Source of the DNA: Coprothermobacterota bacterium
Lineage (GTDB): Bacteria; Coprothermobacterota; HKB111
Reading direction: 5' to 3'
DNA length: 64,000 nt
Assembly: GCA_037440465.1 (NCBI GenBank)
Contig: JBBIUB010000003.1
Span: 1-64,000, forward strand
Numbering within the stretch: position 1 is the first letter of the stretch; each line of letters starts with the position of its first letter. Shown here piece by piece: positions 10,386 through 20,057 of this stretch. The position numbers and the translations under genes were made by a program. The notes below the pieces were generated by a model. The model searched no databases. It saw only the letters and a list, made by a program, of their open reading frames with translations, and had not been told where the DNA came from.

Positions 10386-11615
10386 TTATTGAATCCCACT
10401 CATTAAAGAGAATATAGGCATAAACATGGTAAGTACAAGAAAAGCTATAATTCCTCCCAGGAATATTAACATAACTGGTTCAATCGCTGCCGTAAGAGAG
10501 GCAATAGCATACTCTACTTCTCCATCATAGTACTCAGATAACTTCTTTAGAGTTTCTCCAAGAGCACCCGATTCTTCACCAGATCCAACTAAACCCATAA
10601 ACATGGCTGGATACAAACCGCTTCTCCCCAAAGCACTCCTGAAAGTTTTACCACGCTCAAGCTCGGTCCTGAGTAATACCATATCTTCAGCATATATCGT
10701 GTTATCGATTACTTCTCCCATTACTCTAAGGGCCTCAACCAGGGGTACTCCACTTTCCAAAAGAAGACTAAGAGTCCCAGCAAATTGTGAAAGTACTGCT
10801 TTTCGCATAAAAGAACCTATCAGAAATAATTTTAGAATGATTCTATCTTTAGCTCTTTTACCTTCTTGAGTCTTAAGAAATCTTCTCAAGAAATAAACCA
10901 GAGCACTAAATAGAGCTAACGCAATATACCAGAATCTTAATAATATTGATGAAAAAGCTATTACTATTTTTGTTGGAAGGGGTAGCTCAACACCTAACTC
11001 TTGAAGTAAACTTGCAAAACCCGGGATAACAAATGTAGTAAGACCTACCACCATAATAAATGCTGCCGATAAAACTATAACAGGGTATGTCAAAGCTGAT
11101 TGAATTTTAGCTCTTAACTTTACTTCTTTCTCAAGATACATGGAGAGTTCATCTAAAACCTCTCCAACCTTTCCTGTAACTTCTCCACTTTTTACTACGC
11201 TAATAAAGAAACTGGAAAATATATTCCTATGCTTTACTAAAGCTGCAGAAAGTGATAGACCTTTTTCGATATCTGCTTGAATTTCTTTGGTTACTCTTCT
11301 CAAAGTTGGGTTTTCAACCTGGTCAGCGAGTGTAACAAGTGAAATTATTAAAGGTGACCCCCTAATGAGTATGGAAAATTGTCTTGCATACAATGCAATC
11401 TCTTTAAGAGAAACTCTACTTCGTAAAAATTTAAAAGGAAAAATACCTCCACCTTCTCGGCTACCAGCAATCTTACCTCTAATTTGATTTACTGAAATTA
11501 CTGTAAGCCTACTATCACCTAATGTTTTAGCCGCTTGAGATGGTAAATCGGCTTCTATAACCCCTTCTATAGTTTTTCCTTGCGGGTCTATGGCTTTATA
11601 TTTAAACACTGCCAT
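10386..11615 (-). CDS. pilC: Type IV pilus platform protein (T2SS F family)
   Basis: MAVFKYKA start, two GspF-like domains (SGEVTG, SGEESG, ALTYP, IEP); ATG at 11615 preferred to the ORF-track start. Confidence 0.93.
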   Translation of the reverse strand: MAVFKYKAIDPQGKTIEGVIEADLPSQAAKTLGDSRLTVISVNQIRGKIAGSREGGGIFPFKFLRSRVSLKEIALYARQFSILIRGSPLIISLVTLADQVENPTLRRVTKEIQADIEKGLSLSAALVKHRNIFSSFFISVVKSGEVTGKVGEVLDELSMYLEKEVKLRAKIQSALTYPVIVLSAAFIMVVGLTTFVIPGFASLLQELGVELPLPTKIVIAFSSILLRFWYIALALFSALVYFLRRFLKTQEGKRAKDRIILKLFLIGSFMRKAVLSQFAGTLSLLLESGVPLVEALRVMGEVIDNTIYAEDMVLLRTELERGKTFRSALGRSGLYPAMFMGLVGSGEESGALGETLKKLSEYYDGEVEYAIASLTAAIEPVMLIFLGGIIAFLVLTMFMPIFSLMSGIQ

Positions 11616-12708
11616 CTTTATAAACCCCCTTTTCTCGGAGGATTCTCTCCATCTCTCTTCTATTAAAAGCAAAACCTAGCGCAACTCTTTGGGATATACG
11701 ACCAGCAAGCACAAGCCTGACCAGGTCCTGGTCCATAGTGTGCATCCCGTAATCTGAACCAGTTTGTATGATTGTAGGCAATTGATTGGCCTTACCTTCT
11801 CTTATTAAATTTCTAACTGCCTGGGTAGCAACCATAACTTCAGTTACTAAAACTCTACCTCTTCCACTGGCATGAGGTAAAAGTAATTGACTAATAATAC
11901 CTTCCAGAACCTCTGAGAGCTGATACCGAATCTGGTTTTGCTGTGCAGAATGAAAAACATCTATCATCCTATCAATGGTCTGTGAAGCACTATTTGTATG
12001 TACTGTTGCCAGTACTAAATGTCCTGTTTCAGCCAGAGTAATTACAGAAGATATGCTTTCTAAATCTCTCATTTCACCTACCATTATTACATCTGGATCT
12101 TCCCTTAAAGCAGAACGTAAAGCACGGGGGAAACTTGGTGTGTCTTTTCCTACTTCCCTTTGATTGATGATTCCTTTCCCGTGGCGATGCAGGTACTCTA
12201 TAGGGTCCTCAATAGTTAATAAATGACAGGATCTGTTATGATTGATATAATTAACAGCAGATGCCAATGTTGTTGATTTACCAGAACCTGTTGGTCCAGT
12301 TACTAATATAAGTCCTCTGGGTTTCAATACAAGTTCAGCCATTACTATAGGAACACCCAGGTCAGAAAAAGTTGGGATACGATCCGATAAGATTCTTATT
12401 GCTGCACTAACACTACCTCGTTGATGATATACATTAACCCTGAAACGTCCCAACCCTTTTACCCCAAAAGATGTATCCCATTCCAGAACTGATTTTCCTA
12501 ATTCTTTGAGCTCCTCTTCAGGTAACATAGGAAACAAAAGCTTTTTTATCTCCTCAGAAGTCATAATTGGGTATTCATCTAACTTTCTGAGTTGCCCATC
12601 AACTCTCGTATAAGGAGATACACCGGTTACAAGGTGGACATCTGAGGCTTTTGAGGCGATAGCCTTTACTAAAATATCAGTTAAAGTAAAATCTGCCTGT
12701 TGTTCCAT
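11602..12708 (-). CDS. pilT: Type IV pilus retraction ATPase
   Basis: ASDVHL, GPTGSGKST, TIEDPIE, ALREDPD, His box and AVRNLIRE (AIRNLIRE signature). Confidence 0.96.
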   Translation of the reverse strand: MEQQADFTLTDILVKAIASKASDVHLVTGVSPYTRVDGQLRKLDEYPIMTSEEIKKLLFPMLPEEELKELGKSVLEWDTSFGVKGLGRFRVNVYHQRGSVSAAIRILSDRIPTFSDLGVPIVMAELVLKPRGLILVTGPTGSGKSTTLASAVNYINHNRSCHLLTIEDPIEYLHRHGKGIINQREVGKDTPSFPRALRSALREDPDVIMVGEMRDLESISSVITLAETGHLVLATVHTNSASQTIDRMIDVFHSAQQNQIRYQLSEVLEGIISQLLLPHASGRGRVLVTEVMVATQAVRNLIREGKANQLPTIIQTGSDYGMHTMDQDLVRLVLAGRISQRVALGFAFNRREMERILREKGVYKDGSV

Positions 12709-12712
12709 TCCA

Positions 12713-14437
12713 TCACACCTCCACAGTACTTATAATCCTAAATGCTTCTTCAAGTGTAGTTATACCTGAAACAGCCTTTAGTAACGCATCTTGTAACATA
12801 TTTTTAATTCCATTCCTCATTGCTGTCTCTTTTATCTGAGAAGCAGAAGAATTTTTTATGACTAAACTTCTAATATCCTCATCAATCCTTAAAATCTCAT
12901 GTACACCTGTACGACCAAGATAACCTGTGTTTCTACACTTAGTGCAACCCTTCCCTTTACGAAAATTGGGGTTTTTATACCCCAATAATTCAATAAGATG
13001 CTTTTCAAAAAGAGCAAGGTAATCACTTGGAGGAGTATAGCCTTCGCTGCAGTTTGTACACACCAGACGAGCCAATCTTTGAGCAGTAACCCCTATCAGC
13101 GATGAAGCAATGAGAAATGGCTCAATACCCATATCTATTAACCGAGTAGGGGCTCCAAAGGAATCATTTGTATGTAAGGTTGATAATACCAAATGCCCGG
13201 TTAAGGCAGCCTGCATAGCCATTTCTGCTGTATCTTTATCACGAATCTCACCAACCATAATAATATCGGGATCTTGCCTAAGTATTGATCTTAAAATATT
13301 AGCAAAGGTGAGTCCGACTTTATAGTTCACAGCTACCTGATTAATACCTTTCAATTCATATTCAATAGGGTCTTCCACAGAGACCAGATTAACCTCTGAA
13401 GAATTAAGTTGATTTAGAACAGAATATAGAGTTGTCGTTTTACCTGACCCAGTAGGACCTGTAACTAAAATCATGCCATATGGCTGTTTGATCATATTGT
13501 AAAAAGTTTCTTGATTATCTGAATTGAAGCCAAGTTGGGTCAAAGATATTAAGGCTTTGGATTTATCAAGAATCCTCAACACTATTTTCTCACCATACAT
13601 CTTCGGAAGAGTTGATACCCTCAAGTCTATATCCCTTCCACTAAACCTGATGTTAATCCTACCATCTTGAGGAAGACGTCTTTCAGCAATATCCATATTT
13701 GCAATAATCTTGAATCTACTAATAAGAGCTGCTTGCACATTCTTGGGTACTTTCATGGCTTCATGAAGAACACCATCTATCCTGTATCTAATAATTACCT
13801 GATCTCTCTGAGGTTCAACATGAATATCTGAAGCCCTGTCACGTAAAGCCTGACTCATTATTATGTTTGCAAGCTTTATTATAGGTGCCTCTTCAGCCAT
13901 CTCCTTCAAGTCTCGGACAGAAGCACCTTCAGACTCAGCTTCAACGGCTACTCTACTGTCTACTGATACCATATCCTCAGAAGCTTCTCTAAGAGATCTT
14001 TCAACACCATACACTTTTTCAAGGATATCTACTATTTGACCTCTTGGTGATATACACCACTTTACAGGTTTTTTCATCAAGGATTTTACTTGATCAAGAG
14101 CATAGAAGTTAAGAGGGTTGGAGGTTGCAACTATTACAGAGTCATCTTCATCCAGACCTATAGGGATACTTGAGTTTTTCCTCGCAATAGCTTCAGGTAT
14201 TGAACGCACTAAATTCTCATCTATTACATGGTCTCTAAGATTGACAAAAGGCATGCTCCATTCCATACCCAAAGCCTTTGCTATTGTATCTTCATCTAAA
14301 AGACCTAAATTCACTATTACTTCACCGAGATAACCACCTTCAAGCCTTTGAACCTCAAGGGCTTTTTGAATCTGTTCTTCTGAGATAACACCCATATCCA
14401 GTAATATTTGGCCTAATGGTTTACGTTTTTTCTTCAT
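12713..14437 (-). CDS. pilB: Type IV pilus assembly ATPase with N-terminal MshEN-like region
   Basis: ASDIHVEP, RLPQDGR, GPTGSGKTT, LRQDPD, tetracysteine CTNC/CTKC. Confidence 0.94.
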   Translation of the reverse strand: MKKKRKPLGQILLDMGVISEEQIQKALEVQRLEGGYLGEVIVNLGLLDEDTIAKALGMEWSMPFVNLRDHVIDENLVRSIPEAIARKNSSIPIGLDEDDSVIVATSNPLNFYALDQVKSLMKKPVKWCISPRGQIVDILEKVYGVERSLREASEDMVSVDSRVAVEAESEGASVRDLKEMAEEAPIIKLANIIMSQALRDRASDIHVEPQRDQVIIRYRIDGVLHEAMKVPKNVQAALISRFKIIANMDIAERRLPQDGRINIRFSGRDIDLRVSTLPKMYGEKIVLRILDKSKALISLTQLGFNSDNQETFYNMIKQPYGMILVTGPTGSGKTTTLYSVLNQLNSSEVNLVSVEDPIEYELKGINQVAVNYKVGLTFANILRSILRQDPDIIMVGEIRDKDTAEMAMQAALTGHLVLSTLHTNDSFGAPTRLIDMGIEPFLIASSLIGVTAQRLARLVCTNCSEGYTPPSDYLALFEKHLIELLGYKNPNFRKGKGCTKCRNTGYLGRTGVHEILRIDEDIRSLVIKNSSASQIKETAMRNGIKNMLQDALLKAVSGITTLEEAFRIISTVEV

Positions 14438-14927
14438 TACTAAACCTCCTTACTACAGATTCCATTAATCTCGATACTTTAGTCAAAAAAAAGTCCCTAT
14501 TAGAACTAGGCCTAACAAGAATAGTATAAACCATTTCTCTTTTTCCGAGTAGTACATCCGTAAAAATCTGGTCACCAATCAATGCAACCTGTGTAGGTAA
14601 GAGTTTCCTTTTATTAATTATCCTTTTTATACTCCTGAGGATTGGCTTAAAAACCCTCCCTTCCCCATTAACATTCAGCTTATCTTTCATCCTCTGCACT
14701 CTGGAAATAGGTGCGTTACTTAAAATAAATATTTCTAATTTTTCTTTCCTTACTTTATCCAACCAAGTCAAAGTTTCAACAGAAACTTCTTCTCTCAGAT
14801 ATGGCACCAAAGTGTTATCCAAGTCTACAAAAATGATTTTAATGCCTTTTTCTTTTAAAGCCATTATATCTATATCGTGAATTCTATTTGCAATCTGATC
14901 TGGTTTAATAAAACCCATTCCCACCAT
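14421..14927 (-). CDS. YqeG-family HAD IIIA phosphatase
   Basis: DLDNTL, SN, KP and IGDQIFTD motifs. Confidence 0.88.
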   Translation of the reverse strand: MVGMGFIKPDQIANRIHDIDIMALKEKGIKIIFVDLDNTLVPYLREEVSVETLTWLDKVRKEKLEIFILSNAPISRVQRMKDKLNVNGEGRVFKPILRSIKRIINKRKLLPTQVALIGDQIFTDVLLGKREMVYTILVRPSSNRDFFLTKVSRLMESVVRRFSNEEKT

Positions 14928-14929
14928 CC

Positions 14930-15967
14930 TTAAGGCTTTAGATACTTATTCTTAGCTATTTGGTGTTCATTGAAGGTGCGTGAAAATTCGTGAGAACCGT
15001 CCCCTCTATTTACAAAGTAAAGGTAATCTGTTTTAGCTGGATAAAAAGCTGCTTTTAAGGATTCAAACCCCGGATTAGAAATAGGAGAAGGGGGAAATCC
15101 AGTGTACCGGTAAGTATTATAAGGTGAATCAATGTCTAATTCATTATAAGTAAGTCTATCTTTTGGCTTTTCAAGGATATAATTTACGGTAGCACAAGAC
15201 TCCAGCTTCATCCCAATTTTCAATCTGTTTATAAAGACTGAAGCTACTAATGGTTTTTCCTCAATCAATAATGCTTCTTTCTCCACAATAGAAGCAAGAA
15301 TAAGAGCATTATAAAAACCTATCTGTTTGACAGTTGGAGAATCTTCAACTATTCTACTTACCTTACTCTGAAAGTTAGATAAAGTAAGGTTTACTAAATC
15401 TTTAATAGGTAAACGAGGCACAATGTATGTATCTGGGAAAAGAAAGCCTTCTAATGAAACTGGAATAATATCTATATAAGGGATGTAAAAGTCCTTGGGG
15501 TTTAAGAGAAGAATTACTTCTCCTGACGACAAACCTTCTCTTTCAACAATCTGAGCTATATCCCGTAAGGTTTGTCCCTCTTTTATGAGAATCTTATACT
15601 TCTTAACTTCTTGAGGAGATGTAATTATACTGATTACCTCATTGTTCTTCATATTTTCCCACAGCAAGAACTCTCCTACTTGGATAGCTCTATCCAGTCC
15701 AGAAGAAATAAGATGCTTTACAAACTTATCTTCATTATTAATTATTCCTTCTTCTTCTAATCTACTTACAATACTTGAAACTTCTTCACCTGGAGAAATA
15801 TAAAAAAGTAGTTCCCTACCTTTCGCTGGCTCAGTATTTATCTTAGTATAAACATAAAAATATGTAGTCATCATAAGAAGGATGATGAAAAAAATAGACA
15901 GAATTAAAATATTGTGAGTTAAGAACTCAGTCTTCGCTGCTTTCCTCATCATCTTCGCTTTCATCAT
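14930..15967 (-). CDS. mltG: Endolytic transglycosylase MltG
   Basis: N-terminal TM helix, LEGFLFPDTY, LASIVEKE, SPYNTY; exact start uncertain. Confidence 0.93.
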   Translation of the reverse strand: MMKAKMMRKAAKTEFLTHNILILSIFFIILLMMTTYFYVYTKINTEPAKGRELLFYISPGEEVSSIVSRLEEEGIINNEDKFVKHLISSGLDRAIQVGEFLLWENMKNNEVISIITSPQEVKKYKILIKEGQTLRDIAQIVEREGLSSGEVILLLNPKDFYIPYIDIIPVSLEGFLFPDTYIVPRLPIKDLVNLTLSNFQSKVSRIVEDSPTVKQIGFYNALILASIVEKEALLIEEKPLVASVFINRLKIGMKLESCATVNYILEKPKDRLTYNELDIDSPYNTYRYTGFPPSPISNPGFESLKAAFYPAKTDYLYFVNRGDGSHEFSRTFNEHQIAKNKYLKP

Positions 15968-16214
15968 CTAAAGACAGCTCTTGGTCCTCAAGTTCTTTAA
16001 TAACTTTCTTGAATTCATCCTCATCTTCAATATCTACAAAATCATCACCCTCTACTTTAAGCACAACAGCAAACTCGTCTTCTTTATCTTCGGGAAGGAA
16101 TACAGCATATTCTTTACCTTCAACTTCAAGATATTCAAGCAGGTAATATTCCTTATCTTCCCCTGTTTCTTCATTTGTTAATGTAATGATTATTTCTTCC
16201 GCTTCATCTTTCAT
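15927..16214 (-). CDS. DUF1292-like acidic protein
   Basis: Very acidic 95 aa, IITL..E.GE and IEDEDEF patterns; usual position after ruvX. Confidence 0.8.
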   Translation of the reverse strand: MKDEAEEIIITLTNEETGEDKEYYLLEYLEVEGKEYAVFLPEDKEDEFAVVLKVEGDDFVDIEDEDEFKKVIKELEDQELSLDDESEDDEESSED

Positions 16215-16621
16215 TTATTTTTTCTCCTTTCCATATAACTTTGAAGTATCAAGGAAGCTGAAACTTCATCAAGATATTTTTTTCCCTTTTTTTCCTTTAT
16301 TCCCTGAAGCTGGAAGCTTTTTAAAGCCTCCTTGGTAGAAAATCTTTCATCATAAAACTCTACCTTAATAAATTTCTCAACCTTTTTCGCAAAATCAGAT
16401 ATTTTATCTGCCTGAGAAGTATTTTGTCCTCTTGAGTCGAAAGGCAATCCAATGACTACCATTTCTACTCCTAAATCCTTAATTAAGTTCTCTAAATAAC
16501 ATATATCTTTCTTATCTCCCCTCCTTTCAATAACCCCAACAGGACTAGCTATCATCTCTGCTTGATCTGTCACTGCTACGCCGATTCTCTTATCACCAAC
16601 ATCTAAAGCCATTATTCGCAT
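16211..16621 (-). CDS. ruvX: RuvX/YqgF pre-16S rRNA nuclease
   Basis: ALDVGDKRIGVA, VIGLP, DERFST, ASLILQSY. Confidence 0.94.
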   Translation of the reverse strand: MRIMALDVGDKRIGVAVTDQAEMIASPVGVIERRGDKKDICYLENLIKDLGVEMVVIGLPFDSRGQNTSQADKISDFAKKVEKFIKVEFYDERFSTKEALKSFQLQGIKEKKGKKYLDEVSASLILQSYMERRKNK

Positions 16622-16624
16622 AAG

Positions 16625-19207
16625 TTATACTTTCTTCAGTTCTTTTAATAAATTATTAAGTATATTTAAGATATTATTAAAGTTTGGTTTATTTTTAAAT
16701 CCTCCCTGGCCAGCCTCGGCGTTTCCACCACCCTTACCACCCATTAAAAGGGCAAGCTCTGAGGCAATCTTTCCTGCATTATAACCTTTAACTACTGCAC
16801 CAGGAGAAGACTTGGTAAAAATATAACCCGCATCACTTCCAATTAGTACAATAACATATTCTTCAAGCATATTAGCAAGAACATCAGCCAGATTCCTAAT
16901 CGCTCTGGGTTCAAGTATATCTAACTGAGAAGCTACTATACTAATATTTTCAATTATATAAGAATTCTTTATTATGTAATCTTTATAAAGATTTACAATG
17001 TGAGTTAAAAGCCTTTCTTTATCTTTCTGTAGTTCCTTTACATTCTCTACCAACTTATTAACTCCTGAGAGTAAACCTTCAGACTGCCTTAAAAGATCCA
17101 AAGCCTTTTTCTGTTCCTGACGCATTACCTTCAAATAATCAAAGGCTTTAACGCCAGCTAATGCTTCTATTCTTCTAAGTCCTGTTCCTATTCCTTCCTC
17201 TTTAACAAGACAGAAAATACCTGCTTCCCCTGTACGCCTGAGATGCGTTCCGCTGCACAACTCCATACTAATATTATTTATTTTAATAATTCTAACTTCA
17301 CTACCATATTTTTCGCTAAAAAGAGCAACAGCTCCTATATTTATAGCCTCTTTATAAGACCTAATAAAAGAAATAACTTCAAAATCTTGAATTAGAAAAA
17401 AGTTAACCAACCTTTCAACTTCTTCAATTTCTTCAATAGTTAATGCTTTATGATATGTAAAATCAAACCTCAAGTAATCAGGAGATACTAAAGAGCCAGC
17501 TTGCTTAATTTGAGGACCTAAAACCTTTCTTAATGCTGCTTGCAATAAGTGTGTAACGGTATGGTGAGCTTCCATAGATCTTCTTCTATCAATATCCACT
17601 ATCAACCTTACTACTTCTTTATCCTCAATAGACCCCAACAGCATTTTAACGAGATGAATTATTCTCCCATTTGGTGCTAAATAAGTATCATAGATAAAGC
17701 CCTTGCCATTTTCTCCCTCTATCACTCCCTGATCGCTCAACTCCCCACCACCAAAGGAATAAAAGGGAGTAACATCTAATATATATTCCCATGAGTCATC
17801 TTCTCTTCTTTCTTTTCTTAAGACTGTGGCTTTAGACTCAAGATAGTCATATCCGATAAATTTAGTAGGTGGTAATTTTTCAATATCTGTTGTAGAACCG
17901 CCATTATTAGTAAACTTTGGTTGATAGATACTCGTTGAAGATCTAGAAAGAGCTTTTTGTTTTTCCATCTCATCTATAAAAGACGGTTCAACAAGAGTAA
18001 AGTTTTCTTCTTCAAGTATCTCTTTCTGAAGCTCTAAAGGAAAACCATAGGTATCATAAAGGAAGAAAGCATCTTTTCCAGAAAATACCTGCATTTTATT
18101 TTCCTTCATTTTCTTTAGATGTTCATTAAAATAATCAAGTCCTTTACCTATAGTGCTTAGAAAACGCTCTTCCTCGGTTTTTACTCCTTCTTCTACCCAA
18201 CGATGATTCTCTTTTAAAACTGGATAAAATTCGCCAAAAGAAGACACTACTCTCTCTACTATTTTATAAAGAAAGGCTTTCTTAATTCCATATTTATAAC
18301 CCTTCATGAAGGCTCTTCTTATTAACCTTCTTAAGACATATCCTCTCCATTCATTAGAAGGTATAAGCCTTTCTGAAAATAAAAAGGTTATCGCTCTGAT
18401 ATGATCAGCTATTATTCTGATTGGAACAATATTGCTCATATCTTTATACTCAATCCCAAGAACTTCTTCAGCTCTTGATATCACAGGCAGAAAAAGATCT
18501 GTTTCAAACACAGAAGGAGTATTCTGCAGTATGCAAGCAATTCTTTCAAGACCCATTCCAGTATCAATATTTTTTTGTGGTAATGGTACGAAGTTATTTT
18601 TATTACATGAGAATTGCATAAATACTAAATTCCAGAATTCAATAAATCTATCACCAGGAAACTCTTCGTGTCTGAATGAGCCAGATCCCCTATCAAAATA
18701 TATTTCCGAACAAGGTCCGCAAGGACCCGTTTCCCCCATCCTCCAGAAGTTATCATCTTCGCCAAGGGAAATAATTTTATTATCAGGAAGCCCGGCTATC
18801 TTCTTCCAAAGCCAACTGCTTTCTTCATCATCTCTGAAAATTGTAACAACCAGTTTGTCTTCAGGTAAACCAAATCTCGTTGTAATCAACTCCCAAGCCA
18901 TAGAAATAGACTCTTCTTTAAAATAATCTCCAAAAGAAAAGTTACCAAGCATTTCAAGAAGCGTTACATGCCGAATTGATGTCCCAATTTTATCAATGTC
19001 ATTTACTCGCATACATTTTTGCACAGTAGTTATACGAGACTTTGGAGGGATTAGAGAGCCTAAAAAGTAAGGCTTAAGTGGAACCATGCCAGCAATAGTA
19101 AATAATAAGGTTGGATCTGAGGGAATAAGAGAGCCCCCCTCCAATCTTAGATGATTTTTTTCCTCAAAATAATTTAAAAAGAGTTCTCTTATATCTTTAG
19201 ATTTCAT
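16625..19207 (-). CDS. alaS: Alanine--tRNA ligase
   Basis: EMLGNFSFGDYFK, GPCGPCSEI, DTGMGLER, editing HxxxH and ELCxGTH, C-terminal GGKGGG. Confidence 0.97.
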   Translation of the reverse strand: MKSKDIRELFLNYFEEKNHLRLEGGSLIPSDPTLLFTIAGMVPLKPYFLGSLIPPKSRITTVQKCMRVNDIDKIGTSIRHVTLLEMLGNFSFGDYFKEESISMAWELITTRFGLPEDKLVVTIFRDDEESSWLWKKIAGLPDNKIISLGEDDNFWRMGETGPCGPCSEIYFDRGSGSFRHEEFPGDRFIEFWNLVFMQFSCNKNNFVPLPQKNIDTGMGLERIACILQNTPSVFETDLFLPVISRAEEVLGIEYKDMSNIVPIRIIADHIRAITFLFSERLIPSNEWRGYVLRRLIRRAFMKGYKYGIKKAFLYKIVERVVSSFGEFYPVLKENHRWVEEGVKTEEERFLSTIGKGLDYFNEHLKKMKENKMQVFSGKDAFFLYDTYGFPLELQKEILEEENFTLVEPSFIDEMEKQKALSRSSTSIYQPKFTNNGGSTTDIEKLPPTKFIGYDYLESKATVLRKERREDDSWEYILDVTPFYSFGGGELSDQGVIEGENGKGFIYDTYLAPNGRIIHLVKMLLGSIEDKEVVRLIVDIDRRRSMEAHHTVTHLLQAALRKVLGPQIKQAGSLVSPDYLRFDFTYHKALTIEEIEEVERLVNFFLIQDFEVISFIRSYKEAINIGAVALFSEKYGSEVRIIKINNISMELCSGTHLRRTGEAGIFCLVKEEGIGTGLRRIEALAGVKAFDYLKVMRQEQKKALDLLRQSEGLLSGVNKLVENVKELQKDKERLLTHIVNLYKDYIIKNSYIIENISIVASQLDILEPRAIRNLADVLANMLEEYVIVLIGSDAGYIFTKSSPGAVVKGYNAGKIASELALLMGGKGGGNAEAGQGGFKNKPNFNNILNILNNLLKELKKV

Positions 19208-19222
19208 ACAAATATGGCATAA

Positions 19223-19252
19223 ATTTTACCACAAAAAGAAAAATTCTGTCAA
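19223..19252 (-). promoter_or_regulatory. Sigma-A-type promoter of alaS operon
   Basis: TTGACA-18 nt-TAAAAT with extended TG. Confidence 0.7.
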
Positions 19253-19286
19253 TTTAAGTTGTGATAAACAACTTTTATGACTATCA

Positions 19287-20057
19287 TTAAACGTTTAATA
19301 GTTCCTTTTTAAGCTTACTTAACGCCCTTCGTTGAATGCGAGATACTTGTACTTGAGATATACCTAACCTTTTAGCTATCTCTGCTTGTGGAAAGTGGTC
19401 GTAAAATCTCCACTCAATAACTTTACGCTCATCAGTAGCAAGTTTTTCAAGTGCTTGTTCCAGAAACCTGCGTTCTTCCGTTTCTCCTTTATCGTAAGCT
19501 TGGTGTGATGCAAGATCATCAATACTTCTAACGCCATCTTCTTCTTCATTAGAAGAAGAGTCAAGAGAAAGAGCATCATAAGAAGCGCCTGCTGCTATCC
19601 CCTCTGCAACTTCTTCCTCTGATACTCCAAGATTACTGGAAATCTCATAGAGGTTTGGGGTTCTTCCAAGCTCTTGAGATAGAACATCTACTGTTTTTTG
19701 TATGCGTAAGCCTAACTCCTGTAATCTTCTGGGTACCTTTACATCCCAGGTTTTGTCTCGAAGATATCTTTTCATTTCCCCTAATATGGAAGGAATCGCA
19801 AAAGAAAGGAAATCTTTTTTAAACTCAGGATTAAATCTTTTAATTGCTTGAATTAAACCTAAAAATCCTACCTGTACTAAATCTTCTTTGCTAGATGGTG
19901 GAACTCTAAATCTTTGAGATAGATAATATACCATTCCCTCATATTGTTTAACCAATTTTTCAAGTACAAAAGGATTTTTCGAGGTCTTAAAACTCTTTAG
20001 AAGGTTTTCTACCTCTTCTTTAGATTCTAACCCTGGTTCATTTTTGAGAAGCAACAT
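19287..20057 (-). CDS. SigB/SigF-family alternative sigma factor
   Basis: EDLVQVGFLGL, SFAIPSILGEMKRYLRD, VKVPRRLQE, GISQVQVSR; overlaps the upstream anti-sigma gene by 20 nt. Confidence 0.92.
   Translation of the reverse strand: MLLLKNEPGLESKEEVENLLKSFKTSKNPFVLEKLVKQYEGMVYYLSQRFRVPPSSKEDLVQVGFLGLIQAIKRFNPEFKKDFLSFAIPSILGEMKRYLRDKTWDVKVPRRLQELGLRIQKTVDVLSQELGRTPNLYEISSNLGVSEEEVAEGIAAGASYDALSLDSSSNEEEDGVRSIDDLASHQAYDKGETEERRFLEQALEKLATDERKVIEWRFYDHFPQAEIAKRLGISQVQVSRIQRRALSKLKKELLNV

Noticed and set aside
19256..19274. AAGTTGT-gataa-ACAACTT palindrome containing a DnaA-box-like TTATCACA
   Set aside because: One base short of a DnaA box, single copy, and too weak to call a terminator.
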